Shown: positions 10,465 through 19,716 of the stretch, in pieces | How the letters are laid out: every line of letters starts with the position of its first letter | Position numbering within the stretch: position 1 is the stretch's first letter | Origin: Promethearchaeota archaeon | Lineage (GTDB): Archaea; Asgardarchaeota; Lokiarchaeia; Sigyniarchaeales; SOKP01 | Assembly: GCA_018238625.1 (NCBI GenBank) | Contig: JABCSY010000002.1 | Location: 28,097-92,096 of the forward strand | Reading direction: 5' to 3' | Length of the DNA stretch: 64,000 nt | Program-made: the position numbers and the translations under genes | The notes under the pieces: generated by a model | What the model saw: the letters and a program-made list of their open reading frames with translations, nothing else | Told to the model about the DNA's origin: nothing | The model's database searches: none

Positions 10465-11469
10465 TTGAACGGTAAAAAGCAATTAAATCACATAGTAAAA
10501 AAAAGGGTGTTAAAAATTCCTGACGAAAAGAAACGCAATAATAATTCGAACGGTGATAATAACTATTCTATACCTAAAGTAACTGAAAACGAATTAAAAA
10601 ATCTTGATTTGAAGAGCGAAAAAACCAAAGAACTAATGAAAGAATACGAAGAAGAAACCGATAAATACGCTATCTGGCGTGGTTCTATAACCGAAGGCTT
10701 TATTAAATGGTTGAAAGGAGAAAAGATTTATGATCGCGAAAAAGAGCGAATTTCGTTGTATGTAGCCGATGAAACTAAAGCTGACTGGCAGGATTTTATA
10801 AATACTCATAAAGAAAAATACAAAACCGTATCAAAACTCATAAGAGAAAGCGTAAATTACTTTATTAAACAGAAATCGGGCTTAATCGGTGAAGATTTGC
10901 ATAAACTAGACGAGAAAACTCTTACGAACATATCCCACGCGTTAAAAGAGCCATTAACATCAATTAAGGGATTTTCACAACTATTGATTGAGAATTATAA
11001 GGAGGAATTGACGGAAGATGTATTTAATACTATAAAAAATATCTTCGATCAATCTTTACTTCTCGAGAATAAAATTATTAGTATTCTAGACAATATAAAA
11101 ATGGAAAGTTCTAAGTACGACATTTTGCTTATCGAAGACGACTTAGCGACAATTAGATTGTTAACGAGCTATTTTGATAGCAAAGGTTTTTCTTGTAAGG
11201 GTGTCGTAAGTGGAACAAAAGGATTGCAAGAATTAGCCAATAACCCTTGTAAATTAGTTCTACTCGATATTATTTTGCCAGATTACAGCGGTTACGATAT
11301 CTGTAAAAAAATTAAATCAAATAGAAATCTTAAAGACATACAAGTCTTTTTACTAACAGCCATCCCGGGTTCTGAAGTAGAAAAAAATTTTGAGGATAGT
11401 AAAGCTAACGGTTACATCTTAAAACCATTTGATTTCTCTGATTTTGAAGTGCTATTTCAATATTTATAA
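10465..11469 (+). CDS. RHH-like + HisKA + receiver domain protein, paralog 2
   Basis: Same architecture with near-identical motifs to the upstream paralog; start may be ATT 10516 after GGGTG. Confidence 0.75.
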   Translation: MNGKKQLNHIVKKRVLKIPDEKKRNNNSNGDNNYSIPKVTENELKNLDLKSEKTKELMKEYEEETDKYAIWRGSITEGFIKWLKGEKIYDREKERISLYVADETKADWQDFINTHKEKYKTVSKLIRESVNYFIKQKSGLIGEDLHKLDEKTLTNISHALKEPLTSIKGFSQLLIENYKEELTEDVFNTIKNIFDQSLLLENKIISILDNIKMESSKYDILLIEDDLATIRLLTSYFDSKGFSCKGVVSGTKGLQELANNPCKLVLLDIILPDYSGYDICKKIKSNRNLKDIQVFLLTAIPGSEVEKNFEDSKANGYILKPFDFSDFEVLFQYL

Positions 11470-11505
11470 AGAAATAGAACTTTTTTCTTTTATTAAAAAA
11501 ATAAG

Positions 11506-11609
11506 CGGGCTATGAGGGACTTTCGCCTCCATCTGATAAGGATGGAAGTATCGAACCCCCGACCTGCCGGTTAAGAGCCGGATGCGCTACCTGCCTGCGC
11601 TAATAGCCC
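11506..11609 (-). tRNA. tRNA-Lys(CUU) with 30-nt BHB intron at 59/60 (11520-11549)
   Basis: Acceptor GGGCTAT/ATAGCCC, anticodon CTT; BHB: TTCG/CGAA helix, ATA and AGT bulges, CTTCCATC/GATGGAGG stem. Confidence 0.9.
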
Positions 11610-11633
11610 TGTTTACTAAATCACCATTGAAAA

Positions 11634-11738
11634 CGCACCTGGAGGGATTTGAACCCCCGAGCGCTTACGCGCACTGGCTTGCTTGATAGTTTCTATTGTA
11701 CGCTCAAGGCCAGCGTCTTACCACTAGGCTACAGGTGC
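11634..11738 (-). tRNA. tRNA-Ser(UGA) with 23-nt intron at canonical 37/38 (11680-11702)
   Basis: GCACCTG/CAGGTGC acceptor, G73, long variable arm, CTGGC/GCCAG anticodon stem, CTTG/CAAG central helix. Confidence 0.9.
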
Positions 11739-11977
11739 TCTGGAATTACGGTTTTTCGACAAAGTGGTATTATTATCACACTCCACCGAATTATCCATGT
11801 TTAATGGATGATCTATATTTTCTATTTTTTTTTTAATGATATAGGTATTAAAATAGATTATATTTAATAAAATAAATTTTTTTTTATTTTACTCTCGTAA
11901 TTCATACTTAAAAGAACACTTAAAAGAAAAATATAAATTTTATGTTTCATTGACTTATAATTGAGATGATATAAAAA

Positions 11978-12466
11978 ATGAGTGGGGCCAAAGATTTTAG
12001 ATATTTAATTCCGGAGCGAATCTTTAAATCGATAACTGACAGAGCAGCAGAAGTGTATCCTAACATCGAAAATTACTGGATTTTTGCGGATCGTAAAGAA
12101 AACTTCGGAATAGTTAATAAATTTATTGTTAATCCAGATTTGAGAAAAACCAAAGTTCACGTAAAACCTAGAAGTTGGATGCGATATAAGAAATCGAAAA
12201 TCTACAATATGCGGAAGTTTAAACAAGAGCTTGGAATAGATATAATCTGGCAGGCTCATACACACCCTTCAGGAAACGAGAAATTACACGCAATCGATAA
12301 AAAGATTTTAAAATATCTCTCAAATGGTGTAATGATAATTGTAATTCCTAATCTTCCCGAAAACGAACCTCCTTTAAAAGCCCATTTAGTTGGTTGGTAT
12401 TACGATAAGCGATACACGAAGAAGCCAATCATCGAGATGATGGTGTTCGAGATAATCCAAGAGTGA
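11978..12466 (+). CDS. JAB/MPN (JAMM) domain metalloprotein
   Basis: E...HTHPS...D zinc-binding motif. Confidence 0.7.
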   Translation: MSGAKDFRYLIPERIFKSITDRAAEVYPNIENYWIFADRKENFGIVNKFIVNPDLRKTKVHVKPRSWMRYKKSKIYNMRKFKQELGIDIIWQAHTHPSGNEKLHAIDKKILKYLSNGVMIIVIPNLPENEPPLKAHLVGWYYDKRYTKKPIIEMMVFEIIQE

Positions 12467-12716
12467 TTTTAAGCTTAAATTTCTTTCTTTTCTTTTTAAA
12501 TTTTATTAGTTACTAATTTACGAGATTAAGCAACAAAAAGAATCGAAAATAACGCTAGTAAAAAAGGTGTGATTTTAGAATTATCACATTGAATTTTTAT
12601 TTATTTTTTCTTTGTTTCATTTCGATATAAATTAAATACGCAATACAATGAAAAAGTATTAAAATTTTAGATATTTATATGTAAAATATAAGATTTAAAG
12701 TTTATAAAAACACTAA

Positions 12717-12848
12717 GCAATCGTCGCTTAGCCTGGTAGAACGGAAAAGCGTGCCGAAAGCGCTGGATTGCTAATCCAGTGTCCAAACGGACTCGTGGGT
12801 TCGAATATCCCATTGATTACAATGGGGTCGGGACTCCCACCGATTGCG
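12717..12848 (+). tRNA. tRNA-Ser(GCU) with two BHB introns (12740-12758 in the D-arm; 12806-12834 at 59/60)
   Basis: GCAATCG/CGATTGC acceptor, GCT anticodon, long variable arm; removing both introns restores the GCTT/GAGC D-stem and TTCGAAT T-loop. Confidence 0.9.
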
Positions 12849-12871
12849 TTCTTATAACATTTAAAAAGCAA

Positions 12872-12974
12872 GGGCCCATGGTCTAGTGGTTATGATTCAA
12901 TTTTTAGAAATTGAATAATATACGTCTCGCTTACACCGAGAAGGTCGGGAGTTCAATCCTCCCTGGGCCCACCA
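12872..12974 (+). tRNA. tRNA-Val(UAC), CCA encoded, with 27-nt BHB intron in the D-arm (12895-12921)
   Basis: GGGCCCA/TGGGCCC acceptor, TAC anticodon; BHB: GTTA/TAAT helix, TGA and ATA bulges, TTCAATTT/AAATTGAA stem. Confidence 0.9.
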
Positions 12975-12984
12975 TTTTTTCATT

Positions 12985-13779
12985 CTATACAAATAATTTT
13001 CTGATTCTTTCAGGTCTAATTGCGCTCAACTTACAATTTTTAAGGTATTTACCGATATCTGCAATAATTCCTGGAGCGTTTGTGTTTTGTCTTAGAATTA
13101 CGATATTCTCCAGAAATCCGAATCGCTCTATTGACGCGATATCTCGATAATGACCGGTCCTTATAAGAGCTTTTTTGAATTGCCCTTTTGTTTCACCGCT
13201 TACAAAAACGCCCTCGAGATTTTCCACAACTAATTTACCGTAAATTTTTAAAGTCTTCTGATCTAGAATGCCTTGGATTTGTTCTTTTTCTTTATCGATT
13301 GAAGTAATTTTTATATAAACAGGAAAATGATCGATAAAATCGTAAGCTTTAATAATTTCTGTTAACGAAACATCTCTTCCTTTACATAATTGTTTTCTAA
13401 GAGCGTGAAGATTAAGTAAAACATCCGTTTTAGGGTTTAAAATAGCACAATCCACAAAAATTCCAAACCCTACCTTTCCTACGTCTAATAAGACTCCTTT
13501 ATACGTTTGATTTATTTCAACCTCATCGAACTCAACGATGGCTCCAACTTCTTTCTTAAATAAATTAAGAAGGAAGATTTCTTCTGGTCCTGATATTAGA
13601 ATCTCAACTCTATCGTCAAATTGTCTTACCTTTTTTATTTGAACTTTTGTATTTGGAAAGCTTTGAGCTAATTCGTTCAAATATTTTCTATATCTTATTG
13701 AAATTTCTCTTTTATCTTTATCTGTAGAGACGTTATAAATTTTATCGTATAGGACTAAATTTTTTACCATACAAATCAT
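12985..13779 (-). CDS. DUF2110 family protein (S1-like region)
   Basis: GKVGFGIFVD, GHYRDI..IERFGFLE, T.APGII..IG motifs typical of this archaeal family. Confidence 0.7.
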   Translation of the reverse strand: MICMVKNLVLYDKIYNVSTDKDKREISIRYRKYLNELAQSFPNTKVQIKKVRQFDDRVEILISGPEEIFLLNLFKKEVGAIVEFDEVEINQTYKGVLLDVGKVGFGIFVDCAILNPKTDVLLNLHALRKQLCKGRDVSLTEIIKAYDFIDHFPVYIKITSIDKEKEQIQGILDQKTLKIYGKLVVENLEGVFVSGETKGQFKKALIRTGHYRDIASIERFGFLENIVILRQNTNAPGIIADIGKYLKNCKLSAIRPERIRKLFV

Positions 13780-13934
13780 TAAAATAATTATTATAATAGT
13801 AAGTATAGCGTAATATTTCTTATTTTCTCTTATTCCATTAGTTAATTTTAGCTTAATTTCGTTCTGATAAAATTTAAATTGATAAACTTTTATGATAGTT
13901 TAAAGAAAAGCATAAGAATTTGTTGGTGTGAGTT

Positions 13935-14306
13935 ATGGAACAACAACGATTTAATTATTTAGTTGAAGAACTAAGAAAGTACGACGGTATGGGAGAAATT
14001 TTCTTGTTGGATTCTAACGGCGAGATAATTTTTAAATCAGAAGAATTCTCCTTATCAAACGAAGAAGCTAAAGCTATGCTTGTAGCGTGGAAGCAAAAAG
14101 AACCAGCTCTTAAATTTCAGAATCATAGATATGCAATATTAAAAAATGATGATATTCAATTAGCGGCAAAAAATATTGCTGGGGAAAAGGGAAATATAGT
14201 TGGATCGATAACAAAAGACGGAGATTACCTCATAGCACATACTCAAGATGAAGGTTTGATTTTACTTGAGTGGTCAATTTTTATAAATAAGATTGCTTGG
14301 AGTTAA
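13935..14306 (+). CDS. Asgard profilin-like protein
   Basis: 123 aa; pattern helix-IFLLDSNGEIIFKSE-helix-LKFQNHRYAILK-AAKNIAG.KG resembles Lokiarchaeal profilins as recalled. Confidence 0.6.
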   Translation: MEQQRFNYLVEELRKYDGMGEIFLLDSNGEIIFKSEEFSLSNEEAKAMLVAWKQKEPALKFQNHRYAILKNDDIQLAAKNIAGEKGNIVGSITKDGDYLIAHTQDEGLILLEWSIFINKIAWS

Positions 14307-14531
14307 ACTGTTTGAAGAATTCACCTAATTATTATCAAGTCTTTTAAAATTACTTTTTATTTCTTTTTTATCTGTATCCTGAATTTGAGCAAATAGTTTT
14401 TTTTTTATTGTGAATTTATGTTCAAAAGCTAATACTTTATTTAGACAAAATATAAATTTTATTAAAAATTTCAATATTTTAATAGTAAAAAAAAAATAAG
14501 ATAATTAATTAAAAATTAAAAGGGATAAATC

Positions 14532-15248
14532 ATGTTCCAGCAAGCAGGACGAGGGTACGACATGGCAATAACTCAGTTTTCTCCAGAGGGTAGGCTGTTT
14601 CAGGTCGAGTACGCTATAGAGGCCGTGAGAAGAGGAACAGCGGCTATTGTCTGTAGGAATAGTCATTCAGTTGTTTTTGCCGTCGAAAAAAAGAGTTCCG
14701 AACTTCAAGAAATTATTGGCTCGGAAAAAATATTTAAAGTTGACGACCACATTGGCGCAGCTATCGCTGGGCTTACTGCTGATGCTAGAGTGCTTATTGA
14801 CAGAGCAAGAGTTCAGGCACAAGTTAATATTTTAAATTACGAGGAGAATATTTCGGTTAAAGATAGTACGCTTAATATCTGCGAATATCTCCAACTTTTC
14901 ACGCAGAACGCAGGTGTGAGACCTTTTGGAGTGAGTTTCCTTATAGCTGGAGTTGATCCAAATGGAGAGGCTTCGTTGTATTTGACAGACCCCTCGGGCG
15001 CTATGTGGGGTTATAAAGCTTTTGCGATAGGTTCAGGTGCAACTGAGGCGCGGGTTTACCTTGAAGAAAATTATAAAGAAGATATTAGTGATGATGAATT
15101 AAAATTATTACCTTTAAGAGCTTTAAAAGAATTAATGGGTGATAAATTGAATAAAGAAACTTGTGATGTAGCTTTCATTATAAAAGACGATGTTAAATAT
15201 AAATTATTGAGTAATGAAGAAAAGGAAGATTTATTGAATAAATTATAA
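14532..15248 (+). CDS. psmA: Proteasome subunit alpha
   Basis: YDMAITQFSPEGRLFQVEYA, RPFGVS, TDPSG. Confidence 0.97.
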   Translation: MFQQAGRGYDMAITQFSPEGRLFQVEYAIEAVRRGTAAIVCRNSHSVVFAVEKKSSELQEIIGSEKIFKVDDHIGAAIAGLTADARVLIDRARVQAQVNILNYEENISVKDSTLNICEYLQLFTQNAGVRPFGVSFLIAGVDPNGEASLYLTDPSGAMWGYKAFAIGSGATEARVYLEENYKEDISDDELKLLPLRALKELMGDKLNKETCDVAFIIKDDVKYKLLSNEEKEDLLNKL

Positions 15249-15372
15249 TCTTCTATAATGTATTTAAAGTTCAAGGTTAGCCCTCATTAATATTTATCAA
15301 TTAATATAAGGCAAAAAATAAAAAATTGTAAAAAATGGGATCCTTCAATAAAGTAATTAGTGAAAAATTTAA

Positions 15373-16164
15373 ATGATAGGAAGAGCAAGAATAGATTTAG
15401 GTGGTTTCATTGTTGGGCGCATAGCAAAAGAGGGACGCACTTTTGAGATGTTATTAGCCCCGGACAAAGCATGGGAAGCGAAAAAATTCATTCGAGAAGA
15501 AATAAACAAACGTCTTATGGAAGGAAGCGAAAAATCTCGCGTTTCTGCTGAAGAACTCTTAAAAAATCCTAAAATTACAATTGATTTAATTTTTGAAAGT
15601 TTTACCGTGTTTGAAGACTTGAGAAGGGGAAAAAAAGCAACTGACGGCGATATGGAAGCTGTATTTAATACTACAGACGGAAGACTTATCGCAAGCCACA
15701 TTTTGTTAGAAGGAGAAATACATTGGACTCAGACCCAACGAGATGATGAAAGAGATAAAAAATTAAAGCAGATAATTACAATTATCTCTAAAAACGCGAT
15801 AAATCCTCAAAACAAAAAACCACACCCATATCAAAGAATTGAAAAAGCTATAGAGGAAGTAAAAGTTAAAGTTGACTTAATGAGAAGCGCGGAAGAACAA
15901 ATTGAAGATGTACTTAAACAGATACGAGCAATCATACCTATTAGAATGGAGCAAGTGGAAATTGCGATAAAGATTCCTTCAGCCTTTACTGCAAAGGGCT
16001 ATAATGTTGTTGCGCAATTAGCACAAATTAAAAAAGAGGAGTGGCAATCGGATGGTTCTTGGGTTTCAGTTGTTAGTTTGCCTGCAGGATTGCAGATGGA
16101 GTTGATTGATAAATTAAATAAGTTAACTCACGGACGAGTTCAAACAAAATTAATAAAATCCTAA
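15373..16164 (+). CDS. sdo1: Ribosome assembly factor SBDS
   Basis: INPQNKKPHP..RIE.A, EEWQSDGSW; position in the exosome superoperon. Confidence 0.93.
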   Translation: MIGRARIDLGGFIVGRIAKEGRTFEMLLAPDKAWEAKKFIREEINKRLMEGSEKSRVSAEELLKNPKITIDLIFESFTVFEDLRRGKKATDGDMEAVFNTTDGRLIASHILLEGEIHWTQTQRDDERDKKLKQIITIISKNAINPQNKKPHPYQRIEKAIEEVKVKVDLMRSAEEQIEDVLKQIRAIIPIRMEQVEIAIKIPSAFTAKGYNVVAQLAQIKKEEWQSDGSWVSVVSLPAGLQMELIDKLNKLTHGRVQTKLIKS

Positions 16165-16253
16165 CCAGGTAATTTTTAACTAATTTTCAATAATGGTTTT
16201 TTACGATAATTAATCAAAAATATAAATAATAAATAGAGAGTGATTACAAATAA

Positions 16254-17063
16254 ATGGAAAATGAAGAAGATGAATTAATAGAAGAACCTCTTACAGATAA
16301 TGATGAAGCTGAAGAAATAGGTGAATTAGGTGGTGAGGAAGTTTCTCGGGAAGTTGTTGTGCCAGGAGAGGTATTGACAGAAGATACAAAAAATTTCTTA
16401 CCAGGAAGAGGTACAATTTTAAATAAAAAAAGAACAAAAATAATATCTTTAAACATTGGTTTAAAGCAGATTAACAAAAATTACATTAATGTCATCCCTC
16501 TTAAAGGGTTTTATACGCCTCGAGCAGGAGATAAGATTATTGCTTTAGTTACAGATAAAAACCCAGTCAAATATAGATTAGATATTAACGCAAAAAAGGA
16601 TGGGATTTTAAAACCAAGAAATACAGTAAAAAGAGGAAAACCGAGAGGATTTAGAGGGGGAGGTTCAGATCATGAAACTCCTTCAACTGATAAGTATCAA
16701 ATTGGAGATATATTAATTGTAAAGGTGCTTTCTGCGGATCGTCTAAATCAACCTGAATTAACAACCGTCGGTCAATATTTAGGCAAAAGAAGAGACGGCA
16801 TTGTTATCTCAATCAATCCTCCAAAAATTCCACGAGTTATTGGACGTAGTGGTTCTATGATTAAAATGTTAAAAAATCTGACTAAAAGTAATATATTTGT
16901 AACGCAAAATGGGCGTATTTGGTTAAAAGGTGAAAATATTGCTTATGAAAGGTTATTAATTGACGCAATAAAGAAAATTGAAAGAGAAGCCCATACAGTC
17001 GGGCTAACGGACCGAATTTCAGAATATATTGATAACGAAAAAAAGATAAGAGGTATAAATTAA
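16254..17063 (+). CDS. rrp4: Exosome RNA-binding subunit Rrp4
   Basis: VVPGE, S1 domain, KH motif PRVIGRSGSM, NGRIW, EAHTVGLTD. Confidence 0.95.
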   Translation: MENEEDELIEEPLTDNDEAEEIGELGGEEVSREVVVPGEVLTEDTKNFLPGRGTILNKKRTKIISLNIGLKQINKNYINVIPLKGFYTPRAGDKIIALVTDKNPVKYRLDINAKKDGILKPRNTVKRGKPRGFRGGGSDHETPSTDKYQIGDILIVKVLSADRLNQPELTTVGQYLGKRRDGIVISINPPKIPRVIGRSGSMIKMLKNLTKSNIFVTQNGRIWLKGENIAYERLLIDAIKKIEREAHTVGLTDRISEYIDNEKKIRGIN

Positions 17064-17831
17064 ATGCCACTAATTATTAAAGATGAGTATCCAGAAAAAT
17101 TATTTCGTGAAGATGGGAAGAGACTTGATGGTCGAGACAAAAATGAGTTAAGACCTATAAAAATGGAAGTAGGAGTACTAAAAAATGCAGATGGTTCAGC
17201 ATATTTAGAATGGGGTAATAATAAAGTTTTTTGTGCTGTTTACGGACCTAGAGATGTTCATCCTCATTATTTAGCGAAACCTGACAAAGGAATTTTAAGA
17301 GTTTTTTATAGAATGGCAACTTTTTCAGTGTTTGAGAGAAAACGCCCAGCTCCTGGACGTCGAGAAAAAGAGATCTCAATGGTATTAGGAGATTGCTTAG
17401 AACCTTTGCTGTTTCTTGAACTTTATCCTGGTAATTCGTTTGAGGTTTTTATTAACGTGATGGATGCTGATGGCGGAACACGATGTGCATGTGCCACAGT
17501 TGCTGCCTTAGCACTCGCTGATGCAGGGGTTCCTATGAGGAGTCTAGTAACAGCTGTTGCCGTAGGAAAAATCGATGGAGAATTAGTAACAGATTTATCA
17601 GGAATAGAAGATAAAGCGGGTGATGCAGATTTACCGTGTGCGATAACATGGTTTAATGAGGAATTATCATTACTCCAATTCGATGGTAGTATGGATTTAA
17701 AAGAGTTTAACGAGAGTTTAACTCTTGCTAAAGATGCTCTAATAAAGATCCATGAAATGCAGTTAAACACGCTAAAAAATAAATATATTTCAATTCAAGA
17801 AGAATATTCTGGAGGAAAGAATAAAAAATGA
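17064..17831 (+). CDS. rrp41: Exosome subunit Rrp41
   Basis: RLDGR..ELRP, ADGSAY, VYGPR, DGGTR. Confidence 0.95.
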   Translation: MPLIIKDEYPEKLFREDGKRLDGRDKNELRPIKMEVGVLKNADGSAYLEWGNNKVFCAVYGPRDVHPHYLAKPDKGILRVFYRMATFSVFERKRPAPGRREKEISMVLGDCLEPLLFLELYPGNSFEVFINVMDADGGTRCACATVAALALADAGVPMRSLVTAVAVGKIDGELVTDLSGIEDKAGDADLPCAITWFNEELSLLQFDGSMDLKEFNESLTLAKDALIKIHEMQLNTLKNKYISIQEEYSGGKNKK

Positions 17832-18652
17832 TGAATACAAAACGCGTAATCTCAACAATAGAAAAGAATTACATTCTCAATAATTTGAGGAAAGAAGAAA
17901 GAATTGACGGTAGAGGACTTTGGGAATATCGAGATTGGACTATAAAACCAGATGTTATCGCTTCAGCAGAAGGATCTGCTGACGTCACATTAGGAGATAC
18001 TAGAATAATTACGGGGTTAAAATACGATGTAGGAACCCCATTTCCAGACATTCCTGAAGAAGGCGTTTGTACTTTTATGGCGGAACTGCTACCTTTAGCT
18101 TCCCCCATATTTGAGAGGGGACCTCCAAGTGAACAATCAATTGAACTTGCTCGTGTTGTTGACAGAGGAATTCGACATGCAGACTGCGTCCAAACAAAAA
18201 AATTATGTATAAAAGCAAATAAAGCGGTATATATTTTATTTCTAGATCTATATATTATTAATTATTCGGGGAATTTAATTGATGCAGGTGGTATAAGTTC
18301 GTTAACTGCATTAATTTCAAGTCACATTCCCGAAGGAAAATGGGTGGACGATCAAATTGAATGGACGGGCAAATATTTAACCGGAGAAACTATTGTAAAT
18401 GAACTACCAATTGTTACAACATTTGGAAAAATCGGCGATGTCATATTTTTAGACCCTACTTTACCAGAAGAACTAGTGAGTGATGGAAGAATCTCCATTT
18501 CTGTTACAGAAGATAATGTAGTATCTATTCAAAAAAGTGGTCTTGCTACATTTTCTTTAGAAGAAATAAATATGTTGTCCAAGAAATCTATGGAGATAGG
18601 TAAAAAAATTAGGAAGGAATTAAATCTTTGGCAATACAAAGTTAAATATTAA
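17828..18652 (+). CDS. rrp42: Exosome subunit Rrp42
   Basis: RIDGR, AEGSA, ELARVVDRGIR, GNLIDA, DPTLPEE. Confidence 0.95.
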   Translation: MMNTKRVISTIEKNYILNNLRKEERIDGRGLWEYRDWTIKPDVIASAEGSADVTLGDTRIITGLKYDVGTPFPDIPEEGVCTFMAELLPLASPIFERGPPSEQSIELARVVDRGIRHADCVQTKKLCIKANKAVYILFLDLYIINYSGNLIDAGGISSLTALISSHIPEGKWVDDQIEWTGKYLTGETIVNELPIVTTFGKIGDVIFLDPTLPEELVSDGRISISVTEDNVVSIQKSGLATFSLEEINMLSKKSMEIGKKIRKELNLWQYKVKY

Positions 18653-18719
18653 AACTTTTTTTAATTGTATTTTTTTTTTAATTTTTTCTGTTTTAAATGT
18701 TTTTTGAGATTATTTTGTA

Positions 18720-19697
18720 TTAAAATTGTTGTTTTCTATCTTTTCTTAGAGTTTCAAACGTGCCATATCCTCCCGAAATTCCATCAAGTTCAAAAGTTCC
18801 AAATGCTTGTACTAAGATTGATTGATTACCCTCATTATCTTGAAAATTGACGGGGATAATTGTGCCTACATCAGCCTTGAGTATATGTCGATCGCCGAGA
18901 TTGTCGATCAATTCTAACTCTGAACTTATAGGTAAAATTCCATCTTGTTGAAATTTTTGATCTATTATTCTTAGCGTCTTTAAAGGAATATTTTTTCCAT
19001 CTTTAAATAAAAACCCACCCGTAGATAATCTGCCATCATTAGTAATAATCGCAGCAGGATTAATTGCTAAATTTTCGTTAAACCAAACTACGTAATAAAA
19101 CCAATCTCCAATACCAGTCCAATCTCTTACCCCATAAGTGTGATCTCTTTGTCCTAAAACCCGATTAATGTGAAAAATTTCATCACCAACTTTTAATTCC
19201 CCGGAAACAAGTCCTATTTGTTCCCAATGTTTATCTCCTGATTTTTTACCGATCTCTAGCGATTCTGGAGTCATATATTTGCTATATTCGTATGGTTCGT
19301 TGATAGGATTAAACGAAAAATCCATTTCAATCGATTGGACTTTTAAAATGAGTTTTGGGTTTTCACGCACTTTTGGTAAGTCTAACGAGTTCTTTACAAA
19401 AACCATATTACCTTTAAATTTATAATTCCAATTTCCATCTAATTGCCAACCATGTACCATTCCTTTTACTTTAAGAGCATCTGAATAATCCTTTTTTTTA
19501 ATCTGTTGGTGATATCCTGCTACGGAACCATCAGGCAGAAAAAGAAAGAAAAAAGTCATACCCTCCTGTTTATTTGGTTTAAAACCAATTCTAGACATGC
19601 CCCCCAATTTGTCCTTTTTACTGTAAAAAACAAAATAATAACTTTCGTTCCATTCAGGATGTTTGGTTGATTTATCTATGTGAGTTATTTTTTCCAT
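18720..19697 (-). CDS. Beta-rich protein, DUF7064/7065-like (AttH/CrtC-type fold)
   Basis: WNESYYF, HWEQ.G, GQRDHTYGVRDW, GYG.FE motifs. Confidence 0.55.
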   Translation of the reverse strand: MEKITHIDKSTKHPEWNESYYFVFYSKKDKLGGMSRIGFKPNKQEGMTFFFLFLPDGSVAGYHQQIKKKDYSDALKVKGMVHGWQLDGNWNYKFKGNMVFVKNSLDLPKVRENPKLILKVQSIEMDFSFNPINEPYEYSKYMTPESLEIGKKSGDKHWEQIGLVSGELKVGDEIFHINRVLGQRDHTYGVRDWTGIGDWFYYVVWFNENLAINPAAIITNDGRLSTGGFLFKDGKNIPLKTLRIIDQKFQQDGILPISSELELIDNLGDRHILKADVGTIIPVNFQDNEGNQSILVQAFGTFELDGISGGYGTFETLRKDRKQQF

Positions 19698-19716
19698 TTT
19701 TTATTTTAAACCTTTG

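Noticed and set aside
12911-13150. 79-aa plus-strand ORF
   Set aside because: Overlaps tRNA-Val and is antisense to the DUF2110 gene
15470-15600. Extra segment in the SBDS N-terminal domain, considered as an in-frame intron
   Set aside because: Reads as plausible helical protein; no stop and no BHB-like pairing seen
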